Shown piece after piece: positions 27,284 to 37,146 of a DNA stretch of 64,000 nucleotides. The number at the start of each line of letters is the position of its first letter. Position 1 is the first letter of the stretch. The notes beneath the pieces were generated by a model. The model saw only the letters and a program-made list of their open reading frames with translations. It had not been told where the DNA came from and did not search any database. This DNA comes from an uncultured Prevotellaceae bacterium (lineage in GTDB: Bacteria; Bacteroidota; Bacteroidia; Bacteroidales; Bacteroidaceae), in contig CACZZQ010000009.1 in NCBI GenBank assembly GCA_902785695.1, positions 1,088-65,087 on the forward strand. The letters run 5' to 3'. Made by a program: the position numbers and the translations under genes.

Positions 27284-27748
27284 TTATTTGTTTAAATGAG
27301 CCTCTTCCTGGCTTTTCACCTCTTTTCCGTCAACCCAACCACGAGTTGATTTAAGAGCTTCCGTAATCTTTGTTGATGAAACGCCTAAGGTATAGGGGAA
27401 ATAAACAATCCTTATACCCTCCTTGGCAAAGTCCTCCTCATATTTCTTCCACTTCTCAGTACCATACCAGTCGTCACCCACGAACAGCACCGTAGCACCT
27501 AACTTTTTGCAAGCAGTCAGTTTATCCATATCATATTGGGGTACTACGGCATCAACATATTTGACGCTTCTTACTATCTCGGCCCTGTCAGAGAACGGAA
27601 TCATGGCGTGTTTGCCTTTGTATAGCACAAGTTCATCGACCGTAACCCCCACTATCAGCTTATCGCACATACCCTTGGCATTCTTCAACAAATTCAAATG
27701 CCCAATATGAAAGAGGTCAAAAACCCCTGTTGTATAACCAATTACCAT
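27284..27748 (-). CDS. tagD: Glycerol-3-phosphate cytidylyltransferase (TagD-like)
   Basis: 'GVFDLFHIGHLNLL', 'VGDDW', 'YTLGVSST'. Confidence 0.85.
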   Translation of the reverse strand: MVIGYTTGVFDLFHIGHLNLLKNAKGMCDKLIVGVTVDELVLYKGKHAMIPFSDRAEIVRSVKYVDAVVPQYDMDKLTACKKLGATVLFVGDDWYGTEKWKKYEEDFAKEGIRIVYFPYTLGVSSTKITEALKSTRGWVDGKEVKSQEEAHLNK

Positions 27749-27771
27749 TTGTCTTTTTCTTTTATACCCTG

Positions 27772-27820
27772 CAAAAGTACTTCTTTTATTTTGAACTTCC
27801 AAAAAAATAATGTACTTTTG
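27772..27820. promoter_or_regulatory. Back-to-back sigma-A -7 elements for the tagD operon and wzx
   Basis: TACTTTTG on minus (27772-27779) and plus (27813-27820) strands. Confidence 0.7.
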
Positions 27821-27827
27821 CAGCCTC

Positions 27828-29270
27828 ATGACAGAGGATTTAAAAGAAAAAACCGCAAAGGGTCTGATGTGGGGTGCCATTGCCAATGGCGGCACTCAGG
27901 TACTGAACCTGCTTATCGGCATCGTCTTGGCCAATCTCTTGCTGCCAAGCGACTATGGTATTGTGGGGCTGCTTACGATTTTCACTGTGCTGGCAGCCAG
28001 CCTCAGCAGTAGCGGATTTGCCAATGGGCTGATCAACAAGTCGCCTTCCGACAATGACTACAACTCGGTGTTCTGGTTCAATGTGACGGTAAGCATCGTC
28101 TGTTACGTCATTCTCTTCTGCTGTGCTCCCCTCATTGCCAGGTTCTTCCATCAGCCCATATTGGTTCCCCTCTCCCGTTTCGTATTCCTCTGTTTCATCA
28201 TCACCGCATCAGGTATGTCGTATAATGCTTATATGGTGAAAAACATGATGAACCGCGAGATAGCCATCATCAGCCTTCTGGCACTTGTTATCTCTGGTGC
28301 TGTCGGCATTGTACTGGCATGGCTGGATAAAGGCGTTTGGAGTTTGGCTTGGCAGCAGATGATCTATATTCTGGTCACCAATCTGGGACGTTACTGGTAT
28401 GTGCCCTGGCATCCCAGGTTCAGATTCGACCCGGCTCCCATCAAGGAACTGTTTCCTTTCAGCGTCAAGATTTTGCTGACCAATATCATCAACACCGTGA
28501 GTCAGCAGATTCTCACGGTGGCTTTCGGCCGTCTGTTCCCTATTCACGATGTAGGAAACTACACGCAAGCCAACAAATGGACTTCGATGGGACATCAAAC
28601 CATCAGCGGCACCCTACAGCAGGTGGCCCAGCCCGTGTTTGTAAGCGTACGTGATGAGCGTAACAGGGAACTGAACGTATTCAGGAAAATGGTACGCTTT
28701 GCCTCTTTCCTGTCCTTCCCAGCCCTCTTCGGTTTAGCCATGATAGCACATGAGTTTATTCTTTGCAGCATTGGTACGAAATGGATAGACTGCATCCCCC
28801 TACTCCAGATCCTCTGTCTGAGCGGAGCCTTTATGCCGCTCTACACACTGTTGCAGAACCTGGTTATCAGTCACGGCAGAAGCGACATCAATATGTGGCT
28901 GAATATTGCTCAGATACTACTGCAAATAGGCATCATATTCCTGTTCTATAAGCAGGGAATAACCGCTTTGGTCATTGCCTATACAGTATTCTATATAGTA
29001 TGGATTGCCGCATGGCTACCAGCCGCCCACAGCATCATAGGTTTGAGGTTCCTTGACCTGATGCGTGATGTATGTCCATTCCTCTTTATTGCTTCTGCCA
29101 CCACTGCTGCCACCTATTTCTTGACACTTCCCATCGCCAACCTATGGCTGCTGCTTGTCCTACGTATCATCATAGCCGCTTTGCTCTATATGGCTGTCAT
29201 GCGACTGCTCCACGTTGCCATCATGAAGGAGTGCATTCAATTTATCAAACAAAGACGGAACCGCTCATGA
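27828..29270 (+). CDS. wzx: Wzx/WzxC-type polysaccharide flippase
   Basis: 'LKEKTAKGLMWG', 'LLLPSDYGIVG', 'YNSVFWFN', about 12-14 TM segments. Confidence 0.9.
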   Translation: MTEDLKEKTAKGLMWGAIANGGTQVLNLLIGIVLANLLLPSDYGIVGLLTIFTVLAASLSSSGFANGLINKSPSDNDYNSVFWFNVTVSIVCYVILFCCAPLIARFFHQPILVPLSRFVFLCFIITASGMSYNAYMVKNMMNREIAIISLLALVISGAVGIVLAWLDKGVWSLAWQQMIYILVTNLGRYWYVPWHPRFRFDPAPIKELFPFSVKILLTNIINTVSQQILTVAFGRLFPIHDVGNYTQANKWTSMGHQTISGTLQQVAQPVFVSVRDERNRELNVFRKMVRFASFLSFPALFGLAMIAHEFILCSIGTKWIDCIPLLQILCLSGAFMPLYTLLQNLVISHGRSDINMWLNIAQILLQIGIIFLFYKQGITALVIAYTVFYIVWIAAWLPAAHSIIGLRFLDLMRDVCPFLFIASATTAATYFLTLPIANLWLLLVLRIIIAALLYMAVMRLLHVAIMKECIQFIKQRRNRS

Positions 29271-30208
29271 ACATCTCCGTAGTCATACCTGTGTATAATA
29301 AAGAAGCATTCGTCAGGCAATGCCTTAAAAGTGCGTTGTCGCAAGACTTTACCGACTACGAAGTGATTGCCGTAAATGACGGTTCGACAGACCTGTCGGG
29401 AAAGATTTGCGACGAAATGGCTAAAGAGGATGCTCGACTCAGGATAATACATACGAAAAACGGTGGAGTGATGGCTGCCCGCCGTCGTGGTGTAGAAGAG
29501 GCAAAGGGTGAATTTGTAATGTTTTGCGACAGCGATGACGAGCTTTTATCCCATGCCCTTCGTGATGCCTACGATGCTGCTTTGCAACATGAGGCAGACG
29601 AGGTGGTGGCGCCTTTTCAGAACCAGCGAGGAGAAATCTTTGACTCAGGAAGAAGAGGCATCATCAAATCCACAGAAGTGATTACGGATTTTCTGGCTCT
29701 TCGCAATAGTTTTCCACCCAACTGTGCCATACTTTTTCGTCGTAAGATACTGCTCAATGGGTGTCTGGAAATGCCCCGCAATATCTATATGGGTGAAGAC
29801 ATTCTCTTCCACATCCGCTATCTTACCAATATCTCCAGGGTTTACTGTCTGGACAAAAGCAACTACATATACAATCAGGGTCTGTCAACATATCCGAAGA
29901 TCACATTGGATTATGAAAAGCAGTACGACAAATTGCTACGGGAATCGCTGCAACCGATATGGAGCGATATCAAGAGCTATTTCACCTTATACCAAATAAA
30001 GCGCTATGAGCATTATATTGACGAGCGTCAGTATCAGGTTCTGAAAGACTATTACGCCCCTTTAAGGAAACAAACGAGCAAGGACATTCCCTTCAAAGAC
30101 CGACTGGCCATACAACTGCCGCCTCGTATCAGTTACCTGTTAATACATGGCTACAAACAGATTCTGGAATTTATCAAACGAAGAAAAAGAAGCAGAAACC
30201 GCTCATGA
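29267..30208 (+). CDS. Glycosyltransferase family 2
   Basis: 'ISVVIPVYN', 'VNDGSTD', 'FCDSDD', 'GEDILF'; ATGA overlap with wzx. Confidence 0.9.
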   Translation: MNISVVIPVYNKEAFVRQCLKSALSQDFTDYEVIAVNDGSTDLSGKICDEMAKEDARLRIIHTKNGGVMAARRRGVEEAKGEFVMFCDSDDELLSHALRDAYDAALQHEADEVVAPFQNQRGEIFDSGRRGIIKSTEVITDFLALRNSFPPNCAILFRRKILLNGCLEMPRNIYMGEDILFHIRYLTNISRVYCLDKSNYIYNQGLSTYPKITLDYEKQYDKLLRESLQPIWSDIKSYFTLYQIKRYEHYIDERQYQVLKDYYAPLRKQTSKDIPFKDRLAIQLPPRISYLLIHGYKQILEFIKRRKRSRNRS

Positions 30209-31294
30209 ACGCCCAAACAGCCATTTCTTGAAGAATGGGCTGATGCGCAGGATATTGGACGTGATAATACAGAAACCGATGATAAGCAGGCCAACGACAA
30301 CCGACAACGTGGTATCTATGACAAAGTTGTGCGAGTGAGCATTGAAGAAGGAACCCAATCCTGGCAACTCAGGAATGAAAAGGAAATGCAACAGATAAAT
30401 ATCGAGCGTACGCCGTCCGATATATTGCAAGGAAGCACCGATGGGCGACAGCTTCGTGAAGTACTGCTTATAGTTGCGGAAGTACATGAATGTGATAGTC
30501 AGGAGTCCAAACTTTGCTATCGTCAGCGGTATAATAGCCCAAGCCATTCGTAAAGTGTGCCACTTTAAGGCATCAACCGTAGCAAACACCACAACGACAA
30601 CAATCAACGGGAAGAACCATTTGCTGTCCATCACCCGCTGGATTCTTTCCCAGTAGCGATGAACAATATTTCCGTAGATAAAGAAGGGGAAGTAGAGCAG
30701 AACTTGCCCCAAACAACTATCAATCATAAAATGATAGACAGCCGTCTTTGCTCCCCTGTAGCCCATCGCCCACGAGAAGTATCTCGGCTGATAGCAGCTC
30801 TCATATAACACCAGCGACACGAGAAACAGCACCGTGATGGGAATCCAGGATTTCCAAGGCAACTTGCTTTCCAAATAGGAGAACGCATAATAGACAATAA
30901 ACATATAAAGCAAGGCGATGGTAAACCAATAACCTCCCTTATAGGGCGAGTGGAAACTCTCCTCCATAGCAGGAAGAACATGTTTGTTCAATATAGCCAT
31001 TGCCAGACAGAAGAACACGATAGTAGGAATAGTCTGTACCTTGATTTTCTTCCACAACAGGGAACCGAAGTTGCTGATATTCCATACTTGGGAAGCCTTA
31101 TAGGCTAAGAATCCACTGACAAAAAAGAACAGCGGCATACGGAACAAGACGAGGAACGGCATAGATGACGAATGACGCCACGACTCTCCGAATCCCATCT
31201 CAGCTACGTGAAAGGCCACAACCAGAATCATCGTAAATCCACGAAGGGCATCCAGCCACTCCAAACGCGGTTTCTTTATCACTTTATTCTCCAT
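30203..31294 (-). CDS. Acyltransferase family 3 (OafA-like membrane O-acyltransferase)
   Basis: 'RLEWLDALRG...LVVAFH', 'FRMPLFFFVSG', 'YWF', 'IGRRTLDIYLLH'; its stop abuts the GT2 stop within TCATGA. Confidence 0.88.
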   Translation of the reverse strand: MENKVIKKPRLEWLDALRGFTMILVVAFHVAEMGFGESWRHSSSMPFLVLFRMPLFFFVSGFLAYKASQVWNISNFGSLLWKKIKVQTIPTIVFFCLAMAILNKHVLPAMEESFHSPYKGGYWFTIALLYMFIVYYAFSYLESKLPWKSWIPITVLFLVSLVLYESCYQPRYFSWAMGYRGAKTAVYHFMIDSCLGQVLLYFPFFIYGNIVHRYWERIQRVMDSKWFFPLIVVVVVFATVDALKWHTLRMAWAIIPLTIAKFGLLTITFMYFRNYKQYFTKLSPIGASLQYIGRRTLDIYLLHFLFIPELPGLGSFFNAHSHNFVIDTTLSVVVGLLIIGFCIITSNILRISPFFKKWLFGRS

Positions 31295-31349
31295 AATCGC
31301 TGTATGAATTATCAATAAACTTCGAACTTCCAATAATAAATATGTACTA

Positions 31350-31943
31350 CTAAGGTGTCTCTTTGCCGCATCCGCAGTAATAATTCTGTACCAAGGGTTC
31401 GATGACTGACGGCACATAACCCGTGATACTCTTACCCTTACTTACCCTTTCCCTAATCATGGTACTTGAGATGTCGAGCAGTTCCGTATCTACAACGGTG
31501 ACGTTTGCAGGAAGGACCGACTGATCAATCTCACTGCCGCGACGAGGATATACAACAACCCGATGGTTTCGAAGAATATCTTCTGCACGATACCATTTGG
31601 GAAAGAGAGCCCAATTGTCGCCACCAATCAGCATCACAAACTCATCATCAGGATAATCTTCGTGCAGGTGTTGCAGCGTGTTCCATGTGTAGCTCGGCTT
31701 CGGTAGCTTCAGCTCATAGTCACAAGCCTTTACACCTTCTACACCCTCAAGGGCAATCTCTGCCATCTTGTATCTCAGATTATCATCAAGCAGGTCGGAC
31801 GAATGACGCTTCAGCGGATTCTGCGGTGACACCATGAGCCACACCTCATCTAACGCACATTGCCTTAACAAAGTCTTTGCCAAGGCAATGTGTCCATTAT
31901 GGATGGGGTTAAAAGAGCCGCCAAAGAGTCCTATTCGCTTCAT
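31350..31943 (-). CDS. nadD: Nicotinate-nucleotide adenylyltransferase
   Basis: 'FGGSFNPIHNGH', 'IGGDN', 'ISSTMIR'. Confidence 0.95.
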   Translation of the reverse strand: MKRIGLFGGSFNPIHNGHIALAKTLLRQCALDEVWLMVSPQNPLKRHSSDLLDDNLRYKMAEIALEGVEGVKACDYELKLPKPSYTWNTLQHLHEDYPDDEFVMLIGGDNWALFPKWYRAEDILRNHRVVVYPRRGSEIDQSVLPANVTVVDTELLDISSTMIRERVSKGKSITGYVPSVIEPLVQNYYCGCGKETP

Positions 31944-32509
31944 CCCAAGAATGCTTTGACTATTTGAAGTGTCTCTTGTTTGGCAGTCTCCAAATCATCA
32001 TTCACGATGATATGGTCAAACTGCGAAGCGAAGGTCATCTCGTATTCTGCCTTTGCCAGACGCTCTGAGATAGCCTCTGGGGTATCTGTAGCACGACCTT
32101 CCAAGCGACGGCGCAGTTCTTCTACAGAAGGTGGCTGTATAAAAAGGCTCAGGGCCTCATCACCATAGTAATTCTTGATATTGATACCCCCTTTCACATC
32201 GACATCAAACACCACGTTCTGCCCTGCCTCTCGCTGACGTTCTACCTGTGCTTTCAGGGTGCCATAAAAACGATCCTGATAGACCTCTTCATACTCCAAG
32301 AACTCATTGTTATCAATGCGCTGACGAAACTCTTCTGGTGTCAGGAAGAAATACTCCACCCCATCCTGTTCCGTACCTCTTGGTGCTCTTGACGTACAGG
32401 AAATCGAGAAGTAGAGTTTCAACTCAGGATACTCCTTCATCAACCATTGTACGATGGTGCTCTTTCCGCTGCCGCTTGGAGCACTTACTATCAACATTTT
32501 CCCTTTCAT
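31940..32509 (-). CDS. gmk: Guanylate kinase
   Basis: 'SAPSGSGKST', 'TSRAPR', 'FYGT'. Confidence 0.96.
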   Translation of the reverse strand: MKGKMLIVSAPSGSGKSTIVQWLMKEYPELKLYFSISCTSRAPRGTEQDGVEYFFLTPEEFRQRIDNNEFLEYEEVYQDRFYGTLKAQVERQREAGQNVVFDVDVKGGINIKNYYGDEALSLFIQPPSVEELRRRLEGRATDTPEAISERLAKAEYEMTFASQFDHIIVNDDLETAKQETLQIVKAFLG

Positions 32510-32542
32510 CTATTTCCTAATTCGTGAAATTCGTGGTTCAAA

Positions 32543-33418
32543 TCAAAGTGCATTCAAGACCTGTTCCTTAATCTGCTCTAACTCATCCTTCATTTGCACA
32601 ACGATATTCTGCATCTCGGCTTGATTCGACTTCGAGCCAGTGGTATTGATTTCGCGACCCATTTCCTGAGCGATGAAGCCAAGTTTCTTGCCCTGTCCGT
32701 GACCATCACGCATCGTCTCGCGGAAATACTTCAGATGATTGGTCAGGCGTTGTTTCTCCTCGCTGATATCCAGCTTCTCAATGTAGTAGATGAGTTCCTG
32801 TTCCAAGCGGTTCTTGTCATACTCCACACCAGGAATCTGCTGCAAGCCATCCACGATACGCTGGCGGATCTTCTCAACACGACTCTTCTCGTAAGGCTCA
32901 ATCTCAGCCATCAGACGCTCAATGTTATCAATTTTCTCTGCGAACTTCTTCTCCAGAGCGGCCCCCTCCTGCTTACGAAAGTCCACCAAAGCATTGATGG
33001 CACCCTCTACGGCCTTGCGGGCTGCAGTCCATTCCTCATCAGTCAGTTCCACCTGCTCCGTCTTTGTCAGCACGTCAGGCATACGCGTCAACGTGTACAT
33101 CCAGTCTTCGGGCTCAGGAATACCCACCTTCTCTGCCACACTCTTCAGCTGATGATAATAGTTCTCTACCAATGCTGCATTCACAGGCGTTGCATCCACA
33201 CCAGCATCCTTCTCTATCCAAAGGCTAAAGTCCACCTTACCACGCTCCAAAGCTGCGGCAATCATCTGCCGAATCTCCATCTCTTTCTCTCGATAGAGCG
33301 GAGCTATGCGCGTCTGCAAATCCAGTTGTTTTGAGTTGAGCGACTTTATTTCTGCGTTAATCTTCTTGTCCTTAAATGCTACGACCACCTTGCCGTAGCC
33401 TGTCATTGATTGAATCAT
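32543..33418 (-). CDS. yicC: YicC/YloC family endoribonuclease
   Basis: 'MIQSMTGYG', 'GKKLGFIAQEMGREINT', 'ELEQIKEQ'. Confidence 0.93.
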   Translation of the reverse strand: MIQSMTGYGKVVVAFKDKKINAEIKSLNSKQLDLQTRIAPLYREKEMEIRQMIAAALERGKVDFSLWIEKDAGVDATPVNAALVENYYHQLKSVAEKVGIPEPEDWMYTLTRMPDVLTKTEQVELTDEEWTAARKAVEGAINALVDFRKQEGAALEKKFAEKIDNIERLMAEIEPYEKSRVEKIRQRIVDGLQQIPGVEYDKNRLEQELIYYIEKLDISEEKQRLTNHLKYFRETMRDGHGQGKKLGFIAQEMGREINTTGSKSNQAEMQNIVVQMKDELEQIKEQVLNAL

Positions 33419-33431
33419 TACAATTTATTTT

Positions 33432-34118
33432 TTAGTCGTTGAGAGAATAGGTGACGGTAGTTACCACACGAATTTTCTTTATATAAGGTGTATTCTCGTC
33501 ACGGTTCTCTATTTCAAACTGTCCTTGACCAGCGGTCTGGATCTTTCCAAGTTTTGACTCACTGGCCTCAGCAAACTGCTCTGCTGTTTTCTGTGCATTC
33601 TTGATAGCCTCCGACATCATTTCAGGTTTCATCTGCTGGAACGAAGCATACTCGTAGTTGGGATAGCTACTGTCAAGAGCCACGCCCTGTTTCAGCAGTT
33701 CTGCCTGTTTAAAGATGGCTTTGTTCACTTCCTCCACCTTCGTCGTAGCTACAGTAATCGTGGTGTTTACGATATAACGGAACGGCTTTTGGTTATCACC
33801 CCACTCACGTGCCTCAAGATCAGAGACGGAAGGTGGGTTCACCGTTATCTCACTTTCCTCAAGCCCATTCTGTTTTAAGAATGCCTTGATTTTATTAGCC
33901 TGCACGTTGATGCGCTCATAAAGTGTGGGCAAATCGTTGCCCGTCTCTTTCGTGCTGATACTCCACGTTACTTTGTCAGCAGGCACCTCGCGCTCTGCCA
34001 ATCCCTTAACGGTTACCTTACGATCTTTGTTGGTGAAGTTATCTATACCTGCCTTCACACACCATCCCATCACCATCACACCGACTGACAGGATAATTGC
34101 TTCTCTTACTCTTCCCAT
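33432..34118 (-). CDS. SIMPL (DUF541) domain protein
   Basis: '[16 protein letters not shown]', 'AEQFA..S.SKLGKI', 'KKIRVVTTV'. Confidence 0.85.
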   Translation of the reverse strand: MGRVREAIILSVGVMVMGWCVKAGIDNFTNKDRKVTVKGLAEREVPADKVTWSISTKETGNDLPTLYERINVQANKIKAFLKQNGLEESEITVNPPSVSDLEAREWGDNQKPFRYIVNTTITVATTKVEEVNKAIFKQAELLKQGVALDSSYPNYEYASFQQMKPEMMSEAIKNAQKTAEQFAEASESKLGKIQTAGQGQFEIENRDENTPYIKKIRVVTTVTYSLND

Positions 34119-34123
34119 TGTTA

Positions 34124-34158
34124 TTAATGTTTAATTCTTAATTCTTAATGCTTAATTA
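34124..34158. repeat. Heptamer tandem repeat (TTAATTC-like)
   Basis: ttaatgt ttaattc ttaattc ttaatgc ttaatta. Confidence 0.7.
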
Positions 34159-37020
34159 TTCCGACAGCATCGTTACCTCGATGCGATTATTCTGTTGCAA
34201 GAGTATGCGTGCCATCTGCTGTATGTCATTAGCCGTCATCTGACGCACCATATCACAGTAGCCAGTATCAAAATCTTCATTGTCATCCAACTGATGCCAA
34301 ATGATATAGTCCCAATAGCCATTAGTGATAGCCATCTGGTCGTATTGTTTCAACAGGTATTCGCGCACTTTTTCCAAGGAAGTGGCCTGCGGCCCACGTC
34401 CGGCAATGGTTTTTAGCTGCTCATAGACCACGGGATTGAGTTCCTCATAGCGCGATGGGTCGGCATTATACGAAATCTTAAGGATGGCATTAGGTGTCTC
34501 GTCACTCACCAGAGTGAAGTCCACGCTGACACCATAAGTGCCGCTTTTCTGTTCGCGAACCGAGTCGGTATAGGCTATAGAGAGGATACGCTTCAAGAAG
34601 TCGAGTGTCAAGTCGTTCTTAGCCGTAAAGGGTATGTCAGCCATATAATAGATGCTGACATTTGCCAATGGCGTAGCCATTTTCTTCTTAAAAACCCGCG
34701 TAATATCTCCTTTCTGGAGTTGTGGCAAATTCGCCTTATTGACGGCAGAATGTTTCCTGTTCACGGACGGCAGACTGGCCAGATACTTGCAGATCATCGG
34801 ACGAAGCTCTTCGAGCGACATATTACCGATAATCACGGTTCGGAAGTCGGCAGCATTACAGAAACGGTCTTTATAGATTTCCAGAATCCTGTCGTAACTT
34901 GCCTTAGCCAGACGTTCTTGCGTCATAGGCTCCATGCGTGGGTGATGCCCATAGAGGATGGCCGTGACAGAGTCGTTATAGTCAACGCGTGGCGAAGCGT
35001 TACGATTGTTCAAGAAAGAGTAGTTGCGATTATAAAAGCCTTCATAGGCCACTGTATCTCGTCTTGGCTGGGTGAAATAAAGGTAAGCCAGCTGCATCAT
35101 GGTCTCTGCATCCTTAACGGACGCTCCCCCTGTGATACTCTGTGACCTGCTTACCACAGAAGTCTGAACACGCACACTCTTGTCGGCCAGTTTCTTACGC
35201 AACGTAATAGCATCCCAAGGCCCTACACCGCCCTCGCTTACAGCACTGGAGATGAGCGGGAAATGCGGAATATCCTCATCACCATAGACGCTGGTACCGC
35301 CCTCTGCCTTGATAGTCATCTGGACAGTGTTCTTACTATAGTCGGTCTGGCGGACATAGACCTTCATGCCATTACTGAGTGTCAGTTCCGTAAATCCGTG
35401 TTTCCAAGGTTTTTCGCTAAGGATAGAGGCCGGAGTTCCCCCTACAGCCCCGGAGAGGGCATCTTTCGATATGAGGCTATCGACATATTCCGCTATAGTA
35501 ATCCCCTCGGGGGCAGAATGGGGGACTGCTGCATACTTCTGTCGCTGTGTTGCAAGGATAACATCCTCTATCTGGGATTCCGTAGGCAGATGTACGCTCT
35601 CTTTATCGGGCGCATACATCACCACCACCTGATTCTGGTCGGTAATCAGTTCACGAGCTGCCCTGTTGACCTCTTCCAGCGTCACCTCACGGTCGAACTT
35701 CTGCGTCAGTTCCCATTGCTTATCAATAGACACCAGCGGCTCTCCCGTTAGGAAATGGCTCACGCAAAGGGAAACGAGTCTTGAGTTCGAACGGTCGTGC
35801 CGCTCGTTGAATTTGCGCTCATTATGATTGAAGCGGAACCGCTTGGCATATTCCAGTTCGCTTTGCGAAAAGCCCTGCTGACGCACCTGCTCACAGGCAG
35901 CCACAGAACTGATAATTCCCCCAAGGACATTCTCCTGCTTACAACTGATAGAGAGTGAGAACGACTCCTTCGTACGACTAAGGAAGAAATTGGAGCTGCG
36001 CGCCGTAGCACTCCGGAAAGGTGGATTAGCCTGCTGTTTGATATCCGAGAGTCGTCCGTTAACCATATATTCAATGAGTTCATCCACATAGCCACCACGC
36101 AGATATGCCTCATTGTTCTTCTGGTCATCGGGCGTGGCATCGCGCTTCATATATAAATGACAGAGCACGACGGGCTGTTCGACATCTTTCTCAATAGCCA
36201 CAATCATGCGTTCATTGTCGCTGACAGGGTAGTAGATGCGTTCTGCCGGATTCTTCGGCATGGGAATAGAAGAGAAGGTTTTCTTGATCTTCCTCTCCAT
36301 CTGGTCTACGTTGATGTCGCCCACCACAATGACAGCCTGGAGATCAGGCCTATACCATTTATTATAATAGTCTCTCAAATCCTGATAGGGAAAGTTGTCA
36401 ACAATATCCATCGACCCGATTGGCATACAATCCTCGTACTTCGTACCCTTGTAGACCTTCGGCATTGCCTCTTCCATCAGTCGCTGAACGGCACGTCCAG
36501 CACGGCGTGTACGCCATTCCTCATGGATAACACCGCGTTCCTTATCAATCTCGGCATCTTCGAGCAGCAGATAGTGACTCCAGTCATGGAGCACCAACAG
36601 GCAAGAGTCGATGATTCCCTCTCGCTTCAAGGGAGCCGCTCCAATATGATATACTGTCTGGTCTATGCTGGTATAGGCATTCAGGTTGGCACCGAACTTC
36701 ACGCCGATGGTCTCACACCAAGGTACAATGCCCAGCCGTTTCCCCTTGCCGGGAAAATTCTTCGTTCCGTTGAAGGCCATGTGCTCCAGGAAATGAGCCA
36801 GTCCGCGCTGACGCGGCTCTTCCACAATAGACCCCACACGCTGGGCGATATAGAAATCGGCCAGTCCCGGTTCCTTGTCGTTATGACGAATATAATAGGT
36901 CATGCCGTTCTTCAGCTTTCCCATACGCACCTCTGGGTCAACAGGAAGCGCATTCTGTGCTGAAAGACCCAGCACAACCATTAGCAGCCAGAAGAAAACA
37001 ACTTGTTTTTTCATCATCAT
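34156..37020 (-). CDS. M16 family zinc metallopeptidase (PqqL-like), secreted/periplasmic
   Basis: Signal peptide; inverted zinc motif 'GLAHFLEHMAFNGT'; 'NAYTS'; 'ERGVIHEE'; 'VREQKSGTY'. Confidence 0.92.
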   Translation of the reverse strand: MMMKKQVVFFWLLMVVLGLSAQNALPVDPEVRMGKLKNGMTYYIRHNDKEPGLADFYIAQRVGSIVEEPRQRGLAHFLEHMAFNGTKNFPGKGKRLGIVPWCETIGVKFGANLNAYTSIDQTVYHIGAAPLKREGIIDSCLLVLHDWSHYLLLEDAEIDKERGVIHEEWRTRRAGRAVQRLMEEAMPKVYKGTKYEDCMPIGSMDIVDNFPYQDLRDYYNKWYRPDLQAVIVVGDINVDQMERKIKKTFSSIPMPKNPAERIYYPVSDNERMIVAIEKDVEQPVVLCHLYMKRDATPDDQKNNEAYLRGGYVDELIEYMVNGRLSDIKQQANPPFRSATARSSNFFLSRTKESFSLSISCKQENVLGGIISSVAACEQVRQQGFSQSELEYAKRFRFNHNERKFNERHDRSNSRLVSLCVSHFLTGEPLVSIDKQWELTQKFDREVTLEEVNRAARELITDQNQVVVMYAPDKESVHLPTESQIEDVILATQRQKYAAVPHSAPEGITIAEYVDSLISKDALSGAVGGTPASILSEKPWKHGFTELTLSNGMKVYVRQTDYSKNTVQMTIKAEGGTSVYGDEDIPHFPLISSAVSEGGVGPWDAITLRKKLADKSVRVQTSVVSRSQSITGGASVKDAETMMQLAYLYFTQPRRDTVAYEGFYNRNYSFLNNRNASPRVDYNDSVTAILYGHHPRMEPMTQERLAKASYDRILEIYKDRFCNAADFRTVIIGNMSLEELRPMICKYLASLPSVNRKHSAVNKANLPQLQKGDITRVFKKKMATPLANVSIYYMADIPFTAKNDLTLDFLKRILSIAYTDSVREQKSGTYGVSVDFTLVSDETPNAILKISYNADPSRYEELNPVVYEQLKTIAGRGPQATSLEKVREYLLKQYDQMAITNGYWDYIIWHQLDDNEDFDTGYCDMVRQMTANDIQQMARILLQQNNRIEVTMLSE
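35434..35527 (-). mobile_element. GC-rich palindromic element inserted in-frame (copy B)
   Basis: Minus strand AGTCCCCCATTCTGCCCCCGAGGGGATTACTATAG...CCCTCTCCGGGGCTGTAGGGGGAACT; encodes VPHSAPEGITI...DALSGAVGGT. Confidence 0.7.
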
Positions 37021-37045
37021 TAACACATACATTCGTATTTCGTGG

Positions 37046-37138
37046 CAAAATTACGAAAAAGAATTCATATCTCCAATCATTTTTTGAAGAATACTTACAA
37101 TTTGGTATTGTCTGTTTCAAGAAAAATGCGTATTTTTG
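37046..37138. promoter_or_regulatory. Divergent promoters of the M16 peptidase and the TonB receptor operon
   Basis: Minus TAATTTTG 37046-37053; plus TATTTTTG 37131-37138. Confidence 0.65.
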
Positions 37139-37146
37139 CAGCAGAA

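Noticed and set aside
27749-27827. Invertible promoter for the glycan locus
   Set aside because: The inverted match is just two back-to-back TACTTTTGCAG promoter boxes, each already facing its own gene; no recombinase is nearby.
29072-29266. Longer N-termini in the ORF track (GT2 from 29072; also 2439, 6206, 27895, 31417, 37042, 57728, 59041)
   Set aside because: The extensions overlap neighbouring genes or promoters; downstream ATGs fit the family N-termini better.
32517-32540. AATTCGTG duplicated between yicC and gmk
   Set aside because: Only two short units; too little to interpret.
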